The notes: generated by a model from the letters alone, not told the origin. A DNA stretch of 64,000 bases from Elusimicrobiota bacterium (GCA_052034625.1 JBPOII010000005.1:6417-70416), one strand, 5' to 3'; shown: positions 45,501 to 55,864, counted from the first letter of the stretch. A program made the numbers and translations.

Positions 45501-46561
45501 TTTGCTCTCTTATAAAATGGTTTTGGTACTTCTTTAATTTTCCTCCTATTATTATGAATTTCCGCTTCAAGTTCCACAGCTTCTATTTCCGCATCGACCA
45601 AAGCCATTCCTATAGCTTTTTTTAATGTGGGAGAAAAAGAACCGCTGGTAACATAGCCGACCTTTTTATCATTTAAATAAAGCACATTGCCATTCCTTGC
45701 TATACCTTGAAGACATTCAAAAGCTATGATCTTCTTTGAAGGATTGTCCTTAAACGGCAAAAGCTTTTCTTTACCTATAAAATCATTTTCCCATTTAATA
45801 GTTTTTTTGAAACCTGCGTCTATCGGATTTATATTTTCGTCAATTTCATGTCCATGCAAAGGCATACAAGCTTCAAGACGTAAAGTGTCACGGCAGCCAA
45901 GCCCGCAGGGTTTAACTCCGGCTTCCATAAGTTTTTTCCAAATCTTATTTGTCTGCTCTCTCGATATAAAAATTTCAAAACCGTCTTCACCGGTATATCC
46001 TGTTCTTGCTATTCTGCAAAATTGCGCATTGATGTCTTTCAGCTTAAGTTCTTCACAGGTAAAATATTTCATACTTTTAATATCGGTTTCGGAAAGATTT
46101 TGTATAACCTCAACGGCTTTAGGTCCCTGAACAGCTAAAAGAGAAATATCGGCACTTCTGTTCTCTAAAATTATATTTTCCGGCTTATGTGCATTCAGCC
46201 AAGCCCAATCTTTATCAAGATTCCCGGCATTGACAACCATCATATATTCGCCGCAGAAATTATAAACTATTATATCGTCTTTAATGCCGCCTTCATCATT
46301 AAGGATCATTGAGTATCTTGCTTTTTTATCCGGTAAGCCAGAATAATTGCCGAGAGTTACAAAGTTTAAAAAGCTCACAACACTCTCCCCTTTAATTATA
46401 AATGTTCCCATATGGGATGTGTCGAAAACGCCGGCTGCATTTCTTACGGCATTATGCTCTTCAATAATTGAAGTATACTGGACAGGCATATCCCAGCCGC
46501 CAAATTCCGTAAACTTAGCACCAAGCTTTAAATGCTCGTCGTAGAGATAAGTCCTTTTCAT
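45497..46561 (-). CDS. gcvT: glycine cleavage system aminomethyltransferase (T protein)
   Basis: 354 aa. FGGWDMPVQY, GVFDTSHMG, ARTGYTGEDGFEI and GLGCRDTLRLE motifs. Confidence 0.95.
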   Translation of the reverse strand: MKRTYLYDEHLKLGAKFTEFGGWDMPVQYTSIIEEHNAVRNAAGVFDTSHMGTFIIKGESVVSFLNFVTLGNYSGLPDKKARYSMILNDEGGIKDDIIVYNFCGEYMMVVNAGNLDKDWAWLNAHKPENIILENRSADISLLAVQGPKAVEVIQNLSETDIKSMKYFTCEELKLKDINAQFCRIARTGYTGEDGFEIFISREQTNKIWKKLMEAGVKPCGLGCRDTLRLEACMPLHGHEIDENINPIDAGFKKTIKWENDFIGKEKLLPFKDNPSKKIIAFECLQGIARNGNVLYLNDKKVGYVTSGSFSPTLKKAIGMALVDAEIEAVELEAEIHNNRRKIKEVPKPFYKRAK

Positions 46562-46598
46562 TTTTATTTCCTTTATTTGGTGTATACTAACTTTACTT

Positions 46599-47924
46599 TT
46601 ATTTCTTTTTCATTATTTCAGTACATTTTCCGAAAGCATCCTCATAAGCATTTAAAAGTCCTTCGCTTATAGACGGATGGAATAAAGATTCTCTGGCTAT
46701 ATGATTAATTCCATTTGTTAATATCATTGAAGCGGTATTTATAATTTCATCGGCATTTGTGCCTACCATCCAGAAAGCCAAAGGTTTTTTTGTATTTTTG
46801 TCAGCCGCACACTTTATAAAGCCTGTTCTCTCCCCTTCAATAAAAGCCCTTCCGCTTGCAGTAAGAGGAAATATTCCATAGACAATATTTTCATCATCTT
46901 TAAATCCGGAAACTTTAACTGAAGCACTTTGAGGCATAGAAAAAACCGCCTGCGGTACAATTTTATTATCAATAATAACTGTATTTCCTTTAAAAGCATT
47001 TTCAGCGGCTGCCGCACCTTCATTTTGTGCCGTATATGCAAGAAGGCTTCCTTTTGTTGTATCTCCTACTGCATAAATATTTTCAACATTTGTTTGGCAA
47101 TATTTATTCACTTTTATAAAGCCGTTTGAAAAAGCATCAATGCCTGCATTTTCAAGATTAAGGTCTTTTGCGGGTATCCTTCCCGTAACAATCAGAGCTT
47201 TCTGAAATTTAGGTATATCATTTAAAGCACTTTTATAATCCACAAGTATTTCTATACCCTGCCTGCTCATATTTTTCATAATCTCGTTTGATATTTCCGC
47301 ATCTTCGGAAGGAAGAAGCCTGTCAAAACTTTCTGCAATAGTAACTTTACTGCCAAAACCGGCAAAAATAGTAGCCATTTCAACACCGATAGCGCCGCCA
47401 CCAATTATTAAAAGCGTCTCCGGCACATATTCAAGATTTAAAGCATCTGTAGAATTTATTATTTTCTCACCGTCATATTCATAACCGGGTATTTTATGAG
47501 GCTCGGAACCTGAAGCTATTATAATTTTATCAGCTTTTATATGTGTATCTGTTCCGATAAGAAGTGTATTTTTATCTTTAAAAGAAGCCGCTCCAGAAAT
47601 TACGGGTATTTCATAAGAAGAAAGTATCATTTCCATGCCTTTTCTTATATTGGCTATCCTTTTATTTTTTTGGATAACAATATTAGCATATTGAATAGCC
47701 CCAAGACTTGCTTCTAAACCGTATTCATAAGCTTTTTTTATTTTTAATTTTGTTTTCAGCACTTGCCACATAAATTTTGTAGGTATACAGCCGCAATTGA
47801 GGCAAGTTCCGCCAACAAAACCTTTCTCAATAATAACAGTCTTTGCCCCAAGCTGTGCCGCTCTTACAGCCGCCGCAAAACCGCCGGGACCTGAACCGAT
47901 AACTGCTATATCATATTTTTCCAT
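46599..47924 (-). CDS. lpdA: dihydrolipoyl dehydrogenase
   Basis: The likely start is MEKYDIAVIGSGPGG (ATG 47924). Redox-active GGTCLNCGCIPTK, a second dinucleotide fold IIGGGAIGVE and C-terminal HPSISE. Confidence 0.92.
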   Translation of the reverse strand: MEKYDIAVIGSGPGGFAAAVRAAQLGAKTVIIEKGFVGGTCLNCGCIPTKFMWQVLKTKLKIKKAYEYGLEASLGAIQYANIVIQKNKRIANIRKGMEMILSSYEIPVISGAASFKDKNTLLIGTDTHIKADKIIIASGSEPHKIPGYEYDGEKIINSTDALNLEYVPETLLIIGGGAIGVEMATIFAGFGSKVTIAESFDRLLPSEDAEISNEIMKNMSRQGIEILVDYKSALNDIPKFQKALIVTGRIPAKDLNLENAGIDAFSNGFIKVNKYCQTNVENIYAVGDTTKGSLLAYTAQNEGAAAAENAFKGNTVIIDNKIVPQAVFSMPQSASVKVSGFKDDENIVYGIFPLTASGRAFIEGERTGFIKCAADKNTKKPLAFWMVGTNADEIINTASMILTNGINHIARESLFHPSISEGLLNAYEDAFGKCTEIMKKK

Positions 47925-47995
47925 TAAGTCCTTCCGCATTCATAAAAAACTGCAATTTTATTTTTTACATTAAAATCTTATTGGATCTACTGAAA

Positions 47996-49705
47996 TTATC
48001 TGCCGTAAATTTTCAATATTTCGCTGACAGCCTCTTCAGGCTTTAATAGTTTTATGCCTTCTTTTCCGTCTTTTCTGGCTTTAAATTCAACATTGCCATT
48101 AGCAAGATTTTTCTCGCCTATAGTAATTCTATATGGTATGCCTATAAGGTCGGCATCTTTAAATTTTATTCCTGCTCTTTCATCTCTGTCATCTATAAGA
48201 ACATCAAGTCCTTTTGCTTTAAGTGCAGAATATATTTTTTCAGTTGCTTCTTTTGTTTTTTCATCAGCAAAATTTATAGGCACGATTATTACTTCATAGG
48301 GTGCAATATTGTCCGGCCATATTATACCGTTCTCATCATGAGATTGCTCTATGGTCGCGGCAAGTATCCTTGTAACGCCGATACCGTAACAGCCCATAAC
48401 TATAAGATTCTCTTTACCGTTAGTATCAAGATATGTTGCATTCATAGATTTTGAATATTTTGTTCCGAGTTTAAATATATGTCCTATCTCTATACCTCTT
48501 GAAAATTTCAATTTTTCTTTTTTGCACCTGGGGCAAATGTCGCCGTGCATTACTTTTCTTATATCGGCAACTATATCAGCTTTATAATCTCTTCCATAGT
48601 TGACATTTTTTATATGAAAATCTTTTTTATTGGCACCTGTTACGGCATTTACTATGCCGGGAACAGAGAGATCTGCAACTATTTTTATATTTTTAAGTCC
48701 CATTGGACCGGCAAAACCTACGGGAGCACCGGTTATCTTTTTTATTGTCTCTTCATCAGCTAAAACTGCTTCATTGGCGCCAAGAAGGCTTTGTAATTTG
48801 ATCTCATTAATTTCATTATCGCCTTTTACAAGAACAATAACAGTTTTTCCGTCTACAAGATATATCATTGTTTTAATAAAATTTTCCGGCGAAGATTTCA
48901 TAAACGAGGCAACTTCTTCAACGGAACATTGGCCGGGAGTGGAAACTTCTTCCATAGGAAGAGCGGCTTCATCTTTTTTTTCATCGTTCGCAAAGCACTC
49001 AGCTTTTTCGCTGTTTGCACCATATCCACAATTACACCACGCTATTTCTTCTTCGCCAGTTTCTGCTAGAACCATAAATTCATGCGAGAACGAGCCGCCT
49101 ATAGCACCCGAGGCGGCTTCAACAGCACGGAATTCAAACCCGCATCTTTTACATACATTTGAATATGCCTGATACATTTTTCCATAGTATTTTTCAAGAT
49201 CTGTTTCATCAACATGGAAAGAGTAACCGTCTTTCATCAAAAACTCTCTTGAACGCATAATGCCAAATCTCGGACGTATCTCATCTCTGAATTTAGTTCC
49301 GAATTGATAAAGCATTATAGGAAGCTGTTTATAAGATTTAACATCCTTTCTGACAAGATCTGTAATTCCTTCTTCAGCAGTAGGCGCAAGACAGAACTCA
49401 GCATCTTTTCTGTCTTTAAGTCTGAAAAGTTCTTTCCCATAAACATTCCATCTTCCGGTCTCTATCCACAGATCTTTAGGAAATAACAGAGGAAGAGAAA
49501 CTTCCTGACCATCAGCTGCGTCCATTTCTTCACGGATTATATTCTCGACTTTTTTCAAAACTTTCAAACCCAAGGGTAAGAATTCATAAAGTCCTGAGGC
49601 TACTTTACGTATCATTCCCGCTCTTATCATAAGCTTTGCAGAAACAATATCCGCATCAGCCGGAGCTTCTCTAAGTGTTGGTGCATACATTTTTGAAAAA
49701 TACAT
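47996..49705 (-). CDS. proS: prolyl-tRNA synthetase, bacterial type with INS editing domain
   Basis: 569 aa. Class II motifs (FRDEIRPRFGIMRSREF, GCYGIGVTR), a central insertion and a C-terminal anticodon-binding domain. Confidence 0.96.
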   Translation of the reverse strand: MYFSKMYAPTLREAPADADIVSAKLMIRAGMIRKVASGLYEFLPLGLKVLKKVENIIREEMDAADGQEVSLPLLFPKDLWIETGRWNVYGKELFRLKDRKDAEFCLAPTAEEGITDLVRKDVKSYKQLPIMLYQFGTKFRDEIRPRFGIMRSREFLMKDGYSFHVDETDLEKYYGKMYQAYSNVCKRCGFEFRAVEAASGAIGGSFSHEFMVLAETGEEEIAWCNCGYGANSEKAECFANDEKKDEAALPMEEVSTPGQCSVEEVASFMKSSPENFIKTMIYLVDGKTVIVLVKGDNEINEIKLQSLLGANEAVLADEETIKKITGAPVGFAGPMGLKNIKIVADLSVPGIVNAVTGANKKDFHIKNVNYGRDYKADIVADIRKVMHGDICPRCKKEKLKFSRGIEIGHIFKLGTKYSKSMNATYLDTNGKENLIVMGCYGIGVTRILAATIEQSHDENGIIWPDNIAPYEVIIVPINFADEKTKEATEKIYSALKAKGLDVLIDDRDERAGIKFKDADLIGIPYRITIGEKNLANGNVEFKARKDGKEGIKLLKPEEAVSEILKIYGR

Positions 49706-49713
49706 TTTTCCCT

Positions 49714-50178
49714 CTAGCGTACAATTTTTAAAATTTTAAATTTTGTTTTTCCTGCCGGAAGTTCAACTTCAACTGTATCTCCGACCTTATGACCGAGAAG
49801 ACCTTGAACAAGAGGAGACTGAACAGAGATTTTGCTTTCCGCAGGATTTGCTTCTTCCAGATCAACTATTGTATATTCATAATCATCGCCGTCTTCATCT
49901 TGTATCGTTACAGTAACGCCGATAAAAACTTTGTCCGGATCTATATCCAGATCATCAATGATCTTAGCACCGGTAATTTTAGTATCAAGTTCGGCTATCC
50001 TGCGCATAAGATTTGTTAATGTTTCCTTAGCTGCATGATATTCGGCATTCTCTCTCAGATCACCATGTTCTCTTGCTCTTGCTATCTCGTCTTGTATCTG
50101 AGGTTTTCTTTTTTGTAGTTCTTCAAGTTCTTGAATAAGTTTTTCTCTTCCTTCTCTTGTTAAATAAATTCCTGACAT
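49714..50178 (-). CDS. greA: transcription elongation factor GreA
   Basis: 154 aa. LTREGREKL...ARAREHGDLRENAEYHAAKE plus a C-terminal FKBP-like domain. Confidence 0.95.
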   Translation of the reverse strand: MSGIYLTREGREKLIQELEELQKRKPQIQDEIARAREHGDLRENAEYHAAKETLTNLMRRIAELDTKITGAKIIDDLDIDPDKVFIGVTVTIQDEDGDDYEYTIVDLEEANPAESKISVQSPLVQGLLGHKVGDTVEVELPAGKTKFKILKIVR

Positions 50179-50182
50179 TTTT

Positions 50183-51265
50183 CTACCTCTGTAAATCTTT
50201 TATCATAGACATAAGTTTTTTCACCCATTGTTCAGGTTTTACTTTCCCTATGATCTGACCGTTTTTAAAAAGCACTCCGATATTTTTTCCGCCTGCTATG
50301 CCTATGTCTGCATCTTTAGCTTCACCGGGACCGTTTACAATACACCCCATAATAGCTACCTTTAACGGTTTTGGCGATTTTTTCAGTTTTTTGAGTTTAG
50401 CTGTTTCTTTTTCCATATCTGAAACGATCTTAATAAGATCAACTTCACACCTTGAACATGTAGGGCAAGAAATAATTTCAATACCTGAATTCCTAAGTTC
50501 AAGTGACTGCAAAAGCAAGTAGGCTGTCTTGATCTCTTCAACAGGATCTGCCGTTAGAGAAACCCTTATAGTATCTCCAAGCCCTTCATAGAGCATAATC
50601 CCAAGACCTGCCGACGATTTGATTGTACCGCTTAAAAGCGAACCCGCTTCGGTAATACCGAGATGTAAGGGATAATCTCTTTTTGCAGAAAAAATTTTAT
50701 ATGCTTCAACCGTTGTCGCAATATTTGAAGCCTTCAAAGAAACAACTATATCGTAGAATTTATGTTTTTCTAAAATTTTGACATGTTCCATCGCTGCTTT
50801 GGCAAGTTCTTTTGCTCTGGATAAATTGTCTTCTATCTGATGAACAGATTTTAAAGAGCCCGCATTAACCCCGATCCTTATAGGTATATGCGCTTTTTTT
50901 GCTTCTTTGACCAGAGCTTCAACTCTTTCTTTAGCACCGATATTTCCAGGATTTATCCTAAGCTTGTCGATACCCTGCTTTATCGCTTCCAAAGCTATTC
51001 TATAATCAAAATGTATATCGGCAACCAATGGGATTTTTATATTTTTCTTTATTTTACTTACATTTTCGGCTGATTCCATATCAGGCAGAGAAACCCTGAC
51101 TATCTCACAGCCTGCTTCCTCAAGTTGCTTTATCTGTCTGACAGTAGATTTCCAATCACGAGTGTCAGTATTAGTCATAGATTGAACCGCTATAGGAGAA
51201 CCTCCTCCTATAACAACTCCGCCTATATTTATTTTTCTGGTTTGTTCTCTTTTATAAAATTTCAT
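50183..51265 (-). CDS. ispG: 4-hydroxy-3-methylbut-2-en-1-yl diphosphate synthase
   Basis: 360 aa. VQSMTNTDT, LRINPGNIG, Cys ligands SCPTCSRC...GCIVNGPGE. Confidence 0.96.
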   Translation of the reverse strand: MKFYKREQTRKINIGGVVIGGGSPIAVQSMTNTDTRDWKSTVRQIKQLEEAGCEIVRVSLPDMESAENVSKIKKNIKIPLVADIHFDYRIALEAIKQGIDKLRINPGNIGAKERVEALVKEAKKAHIPIRIGVNAGSLKSVHQIEDNLSRAKELAKAAMEHVKILEKHKFYDIVVSLKASNIATTVEAYKIFSAKRDYPLHLGITEAGSLLSGTIKSSAGLGIMLYEGLGDTIRVSLTADPVEEIKTAYLLLQSLELRNSGIEIISCPTCSRCEVDLIKIVSDMEKETAKLKKLKKSPKPLKVAIMGCIVNGPGEAKDADIGIAGGKNIGVLFKNGQIIGKVKPEQWVKKLMSMIKDLQR

Positions 51266-51341
51266 TTTATGCTCTAAACTATTATCAACGCTAATTTATA
51301 AAAACATATTAAATACGGAATTTTAAATAAAAAAGAAAGAG

Positions 51342-52397
51342 TTAGCTTTTAAAGAATTTACCTATACCTAATCTGAGAAGGTCACTATAAGTCGCAAAAA
51401 TAAAGATAGCTAAAATTAAGAAAAGTCCGATAGTATTATACACCTGTATTACTTTCGTGCTGATTGGTTTTCTTGTTATGCCTTCAACAAAAAATAAAAC
51501 TATCATTCCGCCGTCAACCATCGGTATAGGGAATAGATTGAACATTCCAAGTGCAACGGATATAATTGCAATTAGTTTAAGATAATCTTCCATTCCGTTC
51601 TTTGTAGCATTTGCCATAACCTGCATAACTCCAATAGGTCCGGCAACATCAGGTTTTTCCCATGAGATTATTTTATCGGCAAGATAAATTACTGTAATTA
51701 CAGTCTGTGATATCGCTGTTTCCGTGCCTAAAAGCAGAGATTCGAAAAAACCGGCTTCACTTTGAATTATCCCTGGAGAAACACCAATAGCTCCTAGACC
51801 GGTTACAGGGTTTTTAGCAACAGTCATTTTAACATCAAAAGTATATGTTCCTCTTTCTACAACAAAATCAACTTCTTCTCCGGCTTTATCTTTAAGATTA
51901 TCGGCAATTTCATTCCATGTACTTATTTGTACTCCTGCTATAGATACTATCTTATCTCCGCCTAAAAGCCCGGCTTCAACAGCAGGATAATTTTCAACGG
52001 TTCCTCCTATATGTGAAGTAGGCGATATCTGCGATACTCCCCAAATATTAAAAATAAAAGCAAACATAATAACAGCAAGTATATAATTTGAAAAAGGACC
52101 TGCAAAAGATATGAATATTTTTTTGTACCAGCTTAAAGAAAGGTATTCCCCTTCTCCTCCGGTAGCTTCGTCAGGATTCTCTCCCTCCATAGCAACAAAT
52201 CCTCCGAAGGGTATGGCTTTTATACAGTATTTTGTACCATTATGTACATATTTAACAAGATCTGGACCGAAACCGAAAGCAAATGTCAAAACTTTCACTT
52301 TACATAATTTTGCCGCTGTAAAATGTCCAAGCTCATGAATAAAGATCAAAAAGCCCAAACCTATAATAATACCTAATATCTGGAGAATTATCGTCAT
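51342..52397 (-). CDS. rseP: RIP (site-2) zinc metalloprotease RseP
   Basis: 351 aa. HELGH in TM1, one PDZ-like segment, and NLFPIPMVDGG near the C-terminus. Confidence 0.93.
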   Translation of the reverse strand: MTIILQILGIIIGLGFLIFIHELGHFTAAKLCKVKVLTFAFGFGPDLVKYVHNGTKYCIKAIPFGGFVAMEGENPDEATGGEGEYLSLSWYKKIFISFAGPFSNYILAVIMFAFIFNIWGVSQISPTSHIGGTVENYPAVEAGLLGGDKIVSIAGVQISTWNEIADNLKDKAGEEVDFVVERGTYTFDVKMTVAKNPVTGLGAIGVSPGIIQSEAGFFESLLLGTETAISQTVITVIYLADKIISWEKPDVAGPIGVMQVMANATKNGMEDYLKLIAIISVALGMFNLFPIPMVDGGMIVLFFVEGITRKPISTKVIQVYNTIGLFLILAIFIFATYSDLLRLGIGKFFKS

Positions 52398-52414
52398 TTT
52401 CTTTTCCTTATAAT

Positions 52415-53569
52415 TTAGTTATCGATCAGTTTTTTCGCATAAATCCTTGCCCAAGCATCAGCTTCAACACTTTCATCAATGCCGGACTTTTTATTTACTT
52501 TATGTGCTTTCATGGTTTTTGACACTATATCGGCAATATCTGTAAATTTTATCTTTTTATTTAAAAATGCATCGACAGCTGTTTCATTTGAGGCATTCAT
52601 AACAGCAGGCATAGTATAACCTGTTTCAGCCGCTGAATATGCAAGCTTTAAGCATGGAAACTTTTCAAAGTCAGGTTCAAAAAATTCAAGTTTGCCGGCC
52701 TTAGCAAGATTTAAAGGTTGTATACCGCAATTCAATCTTTCCGGATAAGCAAGAGCATACTGAATAGGCAGCCTCATATCCGGATTTGAAAGCTGAGCTA
52801 TAACAGAACCGTCAATATATTCAACCATTGAATGAACAATAGACTGAGGATGTATCACAATTTCTATTTTGCTTACAGGAATCCCAAACAATACGGAAGC
52901 TTCTATAGCCTCAAGACCTTTATTCATCAGTGTAGCACTGTCTACAGTAATTTTCTTTCCCATCTTCCATGTAGGATGGTCCAAAGCCTGCTCAACAGTA
53001 ATTTTTGAAAAATCTTCTTTATAATTATAAAAAGGTCCGCCGGAAGCTGTAAGCCATATTTTTTTTATCTGTGACTTTTTTTCTCCTGCGCAACATTGAA
53101 AAATAGCCGAATGTTCACTGTCTATCGGAAGTACGGGAACCTTCTTTTTTTCAGCAAGTTTCATTATTTCAGAGCCTGCCATAACCAATGCTTCTTTATT
53201 GGCTATCGCAATACTTTTACCGGCTTCTATGGCTTTAATTATCGGTTTAAGTCCGGCAGCACCAACAATTGCGGCAATTACCATATTTACGCCGGGCATT
53301 ACCACAAGTTTTTTAAGCCCGCTGTGTCCGTTAAGTACTTCAACTTTTAATTTATTTTTTATGCACCATTTTTTTAAATTTTCTGCATCAACAGGATCAT
53401 TAACACAGACAGCTTTAGGTTTGAACTTTTTAATTTGTTCTTTAAGTAATTTAATATTAGTATTGACGGATAAACCTTCAACTTTAACAGTATCTTTCAT
53501 TTTAGATACTATATCAAGAGTCTGTGTCCCTATAGAACCTGATGAACCGAGAATAATTATTTTTTTCAT
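52415..53569 (-). CDS. dxr: 1-deoxy-D-xylulose 5-phosphate reductoisomerase
   Basis: The likely start is MKKIIILGSSGSIGTQTL (ATG 53569, 1 nt after the cdsA stop). The listed 29-codon 5' extension lies inside cdsA. LPIDSEHSAIFQC and ANKE motifs. Confidence 0.95.
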   Translation of the reverse strand: MKKIIILGSSGSIGTQTLDIVSKMKDTVKVEGLSVNTNIKLLKEQIKKFKPKAVCVNDPVDAENLKKWCIKNKLKVEVLNGHSGLKKLVVMPGVNMVIAAIVGAAGLKPIIKAIEAGKSIAIANKEALVMAGSEIMKLAEKKKVPVLPIDSEHSAIFQCCAGEKKSQIKKIWLTASGGPFYNYKEDFSKITVEQALDHPTWKMGKKITVDSATLMNKGLEAIEASVLFGIPVSKIEIVIHPQSIVHSMVEYIDGSVIAQLSNPDMRLPIQYALAYPERLNCGIQPLNLAKAGKLEFFEPDFEKFPCLKLAYSAAETGYTMPAVMNASNETAVDAFLNKKIKFTDIADIVSKTMKAHKVNKKSGIDESVEADAWARIYAKKLIDN

Positions 53570-53570
53570 T

Positions 53571-54374
53571 TTAAACTTTTCCAAAAATCTGCAAAATATA
53601 AAAAACCGCAGGAGCGGCAAAAATATAAGAGTCAAATCTGTCAAAAGCTCCGCCATGACCCGGAATTATTTTTCCTGAATCTTTAATATTGCCATCTCTT
53701 TTTATAAGCGATTCTGCAAGATCGGAGAATTGACCTACAAAAGCTATTACTAGACCAAGTATCACTGCCTGCGGCAAAGAAATTATATCTTTCATAAAAA
53801 AATATCTGCATATAATAGCAGCTATCACACCGAAAATTACTCCGGCAGATGCACCTTCAATAGTTTTTTTAGGACTTACATTTTTTGCAAGCTTGTGTTT
53901 TCCGAACATCCTGCCAAAAGCATATGCCGCAGTATCAAGTGTCCAGACTATTATAAAAAGAAAGAACATCATCTGCATTCCACCCTTAAGTTCACGTATA
54001 TATACCATGTGTATCAATGCCAACGGCAGAAAAAAAGAACCAAAGAATGAAACAGATATTCTTCCTACCGACATTTCGGGATTTTCGCCGAAAACTTCAA
54101 TAGCAAAAAAAATTAATAACATTGTAACTGCCGCAAATGAAAGTTTATCAAGCGGAAAGTTTTCAAAAAAATACAAAAAAATGAAAAAAAGTGAAGACAA
54201 TATTAATGAAACGATGGTATGCGGTCTATACTTTTTAGATATGACAAGATATTCCTGCACACAAAAAAAAGTAATCAAGAACATCATTATATAAAACGGC
54301 AAACTGCCAAAATATACACATAAAAAAACTATAGGTATACCGACTATTGCCGTTAATATTCTAGTTAATAACAT
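53571..54374 (-). CDS. cdsA: phosphatidate cytidylyltransferase
   Basis: 267 aa polytopic. C-terminal SLIKRDGNIKDSGKIIPGHGGAFDRFDS signature. Confidence 0.94.
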   Translation of the reverse strand: MLLTRILTAIVGIPIVFLCVYFGSLPFYIMMFLITFFCVQEYLVISKKYRPHTIVSLILSSLFFIFLYFFENFPLDKLSFAAVTMLLIFFAIEVFGENPEMSVGRISVSFFGSFFLPLALIHMVYIRELKGGMQMMFFLFIIVWTLDTAAYAFGRMFGKHKLAKNVSPKKTIEGASAGVIFGVIAAIICRYFFMKDIISLPQAVILGLVIAFVGQFSDLAESLIKRDGNIKDSGKIIPGHGGAFDRFDSYIFAAPAVFYILQIFGKV

Positions 54375-54398
54375 TATTCTCTCTCCAAGTGAAAATCA

Positions 54399-55097
54399 TT
54401 ACACCCCGCCGTAGCGCCTTTCTCTTTTCCTATACTCTGCAATTGCTTTTTCAAGATCTTCTTTTTTGAAATCCGGCCACAATTTGTCTGTAATATATAT
54501 TTCAGAATAGGCTATCTGCCACAATAAAAAATTAGAAATCCTAAGTTCTCCTGAAGTGCGTATAAGCAGATCAGGATCAGGCTGCCCTGAAGTGTATAGG
54601 AATTTTTCTATATCTTCTTCCGAAGGGCTTGTTATGCCTTGTTCTATTATCTTTTTAAAAGCCCGCACAATTTCCTGTCTGCCTCCATAATTAAGAGCTA
54701 CATTCAGCTCCATCTTATTGTTGTCTGCAGTTAATTCACATGCTTTTTTAACTTCAATACGTATATTTTCAGGGAATTTTTCAAGTTCTCCTAATATTCT
54801 AAGTTTAATCCCGTTTGAATGAAACTCATCAAGTTCAGATTTTAAAAAACTTAAAAGAAGCGAAAACAAACCTTCTATCTCGCTTGCAGGTCTTTTCCAA
54901 TTTTCAGTTGAAAAAGCATACAGGGTCAAAACCTTTATGCCAAGGCTTGCTGAAGCCTTAACAATTTCTTTAATGGTTTTGACCCCCTGCTTATGACCAA
55001 AAATTCTGGGCATAGATCTTTTTTTTGCCCATCTGCCGTTACCATCCATTATTATCGCGATGTGTTTCGGCAGTTTTGATAAAACAATTTCGCTCAA
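54399..55097 (-). CDS. uppS: undecaprenyl diphosphate synthase
   Basis: 232 aa. HIAIIMDGNGRWA, FSTENWKRP, IRTSGELRISNFLLWQ and ERRYGG motifs. Confidence 0.96.
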   Translation of the reverse strand: MSEIVLSKLPKHIAIIMDGNGRWAKKRSMPRIFGHKQGVKTIKEIVKASASLGIKVLTLYAFSTENWKRPASEIEGLFSLLLSFLKSELDEFHSNGIKLRILGELEKFPENIRIEVKKACELTADNNKMELNVALNYGGRQEIVRAFKKIIEQGITSPSEEDIEKFLYTSGQPDPDLLIRTSGELRISNFLLWQIAYSEIYITDKLWPDFKKEDLEKAIAEYRKRERRYGGV

Positions 55098-55106
55098 TAT
55101 TAATCC

Positions 55107-55280
55107 TTATTCTTGAGAAATTGCGCTGACAGGGCATGCATCGTCACAAGCACCGCAATCAGTGCATTTTGACGAATCTATGACATACTTATCTTCTTCC
55201 TGAGAGATTGCTTCAAAATTGCAGCTGCTTTCACAAGCTCCGCATCCTACACATGTGTCTGCATCAATTTTACGTGCCAT
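55107..55280 (-). CDS. 2x[4Fe-4S] clostridial-type ferredoxin (57 aa)
   Basis: Below the ORF-track size cut-off and found by manual translation: MARKIDADTCVGCGACESSCNFEAISQEEDKYVIDSSKCTDCGACDDACPVSAISQE. Two complete CxxCxxCxxxC(P) motifs. GGAGGAAG RBS 6 nt upstream of ATG 55280. Confidence 0.85.
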   Translation of the reverse strand: MARKIDADTCVGCGACESSCNFEAISQEEDKYVIDSSKCTDCGACDDACPVSAISQE

Positions 55281-55306
55281 AAATAACTTCCTCCACGGGT
55301 ATTTTT

Positions 55307-55864
55307 TTAGATCTGCATTATCTCTTTTTCTTTAAGAGCTATGCTGTCATCTATTTTCTTAATATAACTGTCAGTTACTTTCTGTGCTTCCGTCTCGTAT
55401 TTTTTTCTTTCGTCTTCGCTTATAACTTTATCTTTTTCTGATTTTTTTATACCGTCAACTAGAACTCTTCTCTCATTTCTAATCGCTACTCTGAACTCTT
55501 CAGCCATTTTGCTTATCGACTTTGCGATCTCTTTTCTTCTTTCTTCAGTTAAAGAAGGCACAGATATTCTTATGATTTTTCCGTCATTAACGGGAGTCAT
55601 ACCTATATCAGCTTTCATTATCGCCTTTTCAATAGCACCAAGCTGTGAAGCATCCCAAGGTTTGATCTCAATTGTCTTAGCATCGGGAATGCTTATACCG
55701 GCAATTTGATTTATCGGCATAAGAGAACCGTAACTTTCAACTTTTATGTTTTCAATTATAGCACTGCTTGCTCTCCCTGTTCTGATAGAACCGAGCTCAT
55801 GCTGTACTTTATCTATGGTTTTTTTCATAGCTTCTTCAGATTTGGAAAAAAGAGTTTTAATCAT
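55307..55864 (-). CDS. frr: ribosome recycling factor
   Basis: 185 aa, full-length Frr pattern (LGSIRTGRAS, IPSLTEERRKE). Confidence 0.96.
   Translation of the reverse strand: MIKTLFSKSEEAMKKTIDKVQHELGSIRTGRASSAIIENIKVESYGSLMPINQIAGISIPDAKTIEIKPWDASQLGAIEKAIMKADIGMTPVNDGKIIRISVPSLTEERRKEIAKSISKMAEEFRVAIRNERRVLVDGIKKSEKDKVISEDERKKYETEAQKVTDSYIKKIDDSIALKEKEIMQI

Noticed and set aside
53570-53656. 29-codon N-terminal extension of dxr. Analogous extensions occur on pyrH (56582..56650), tsf (57183..57209), rsmH (40061..40090), lpdA, rfbA and the OMP
   Set aside because: The extensions overlap the preceding gene. The conserved N-termini of these families begin at the internal Met codons.
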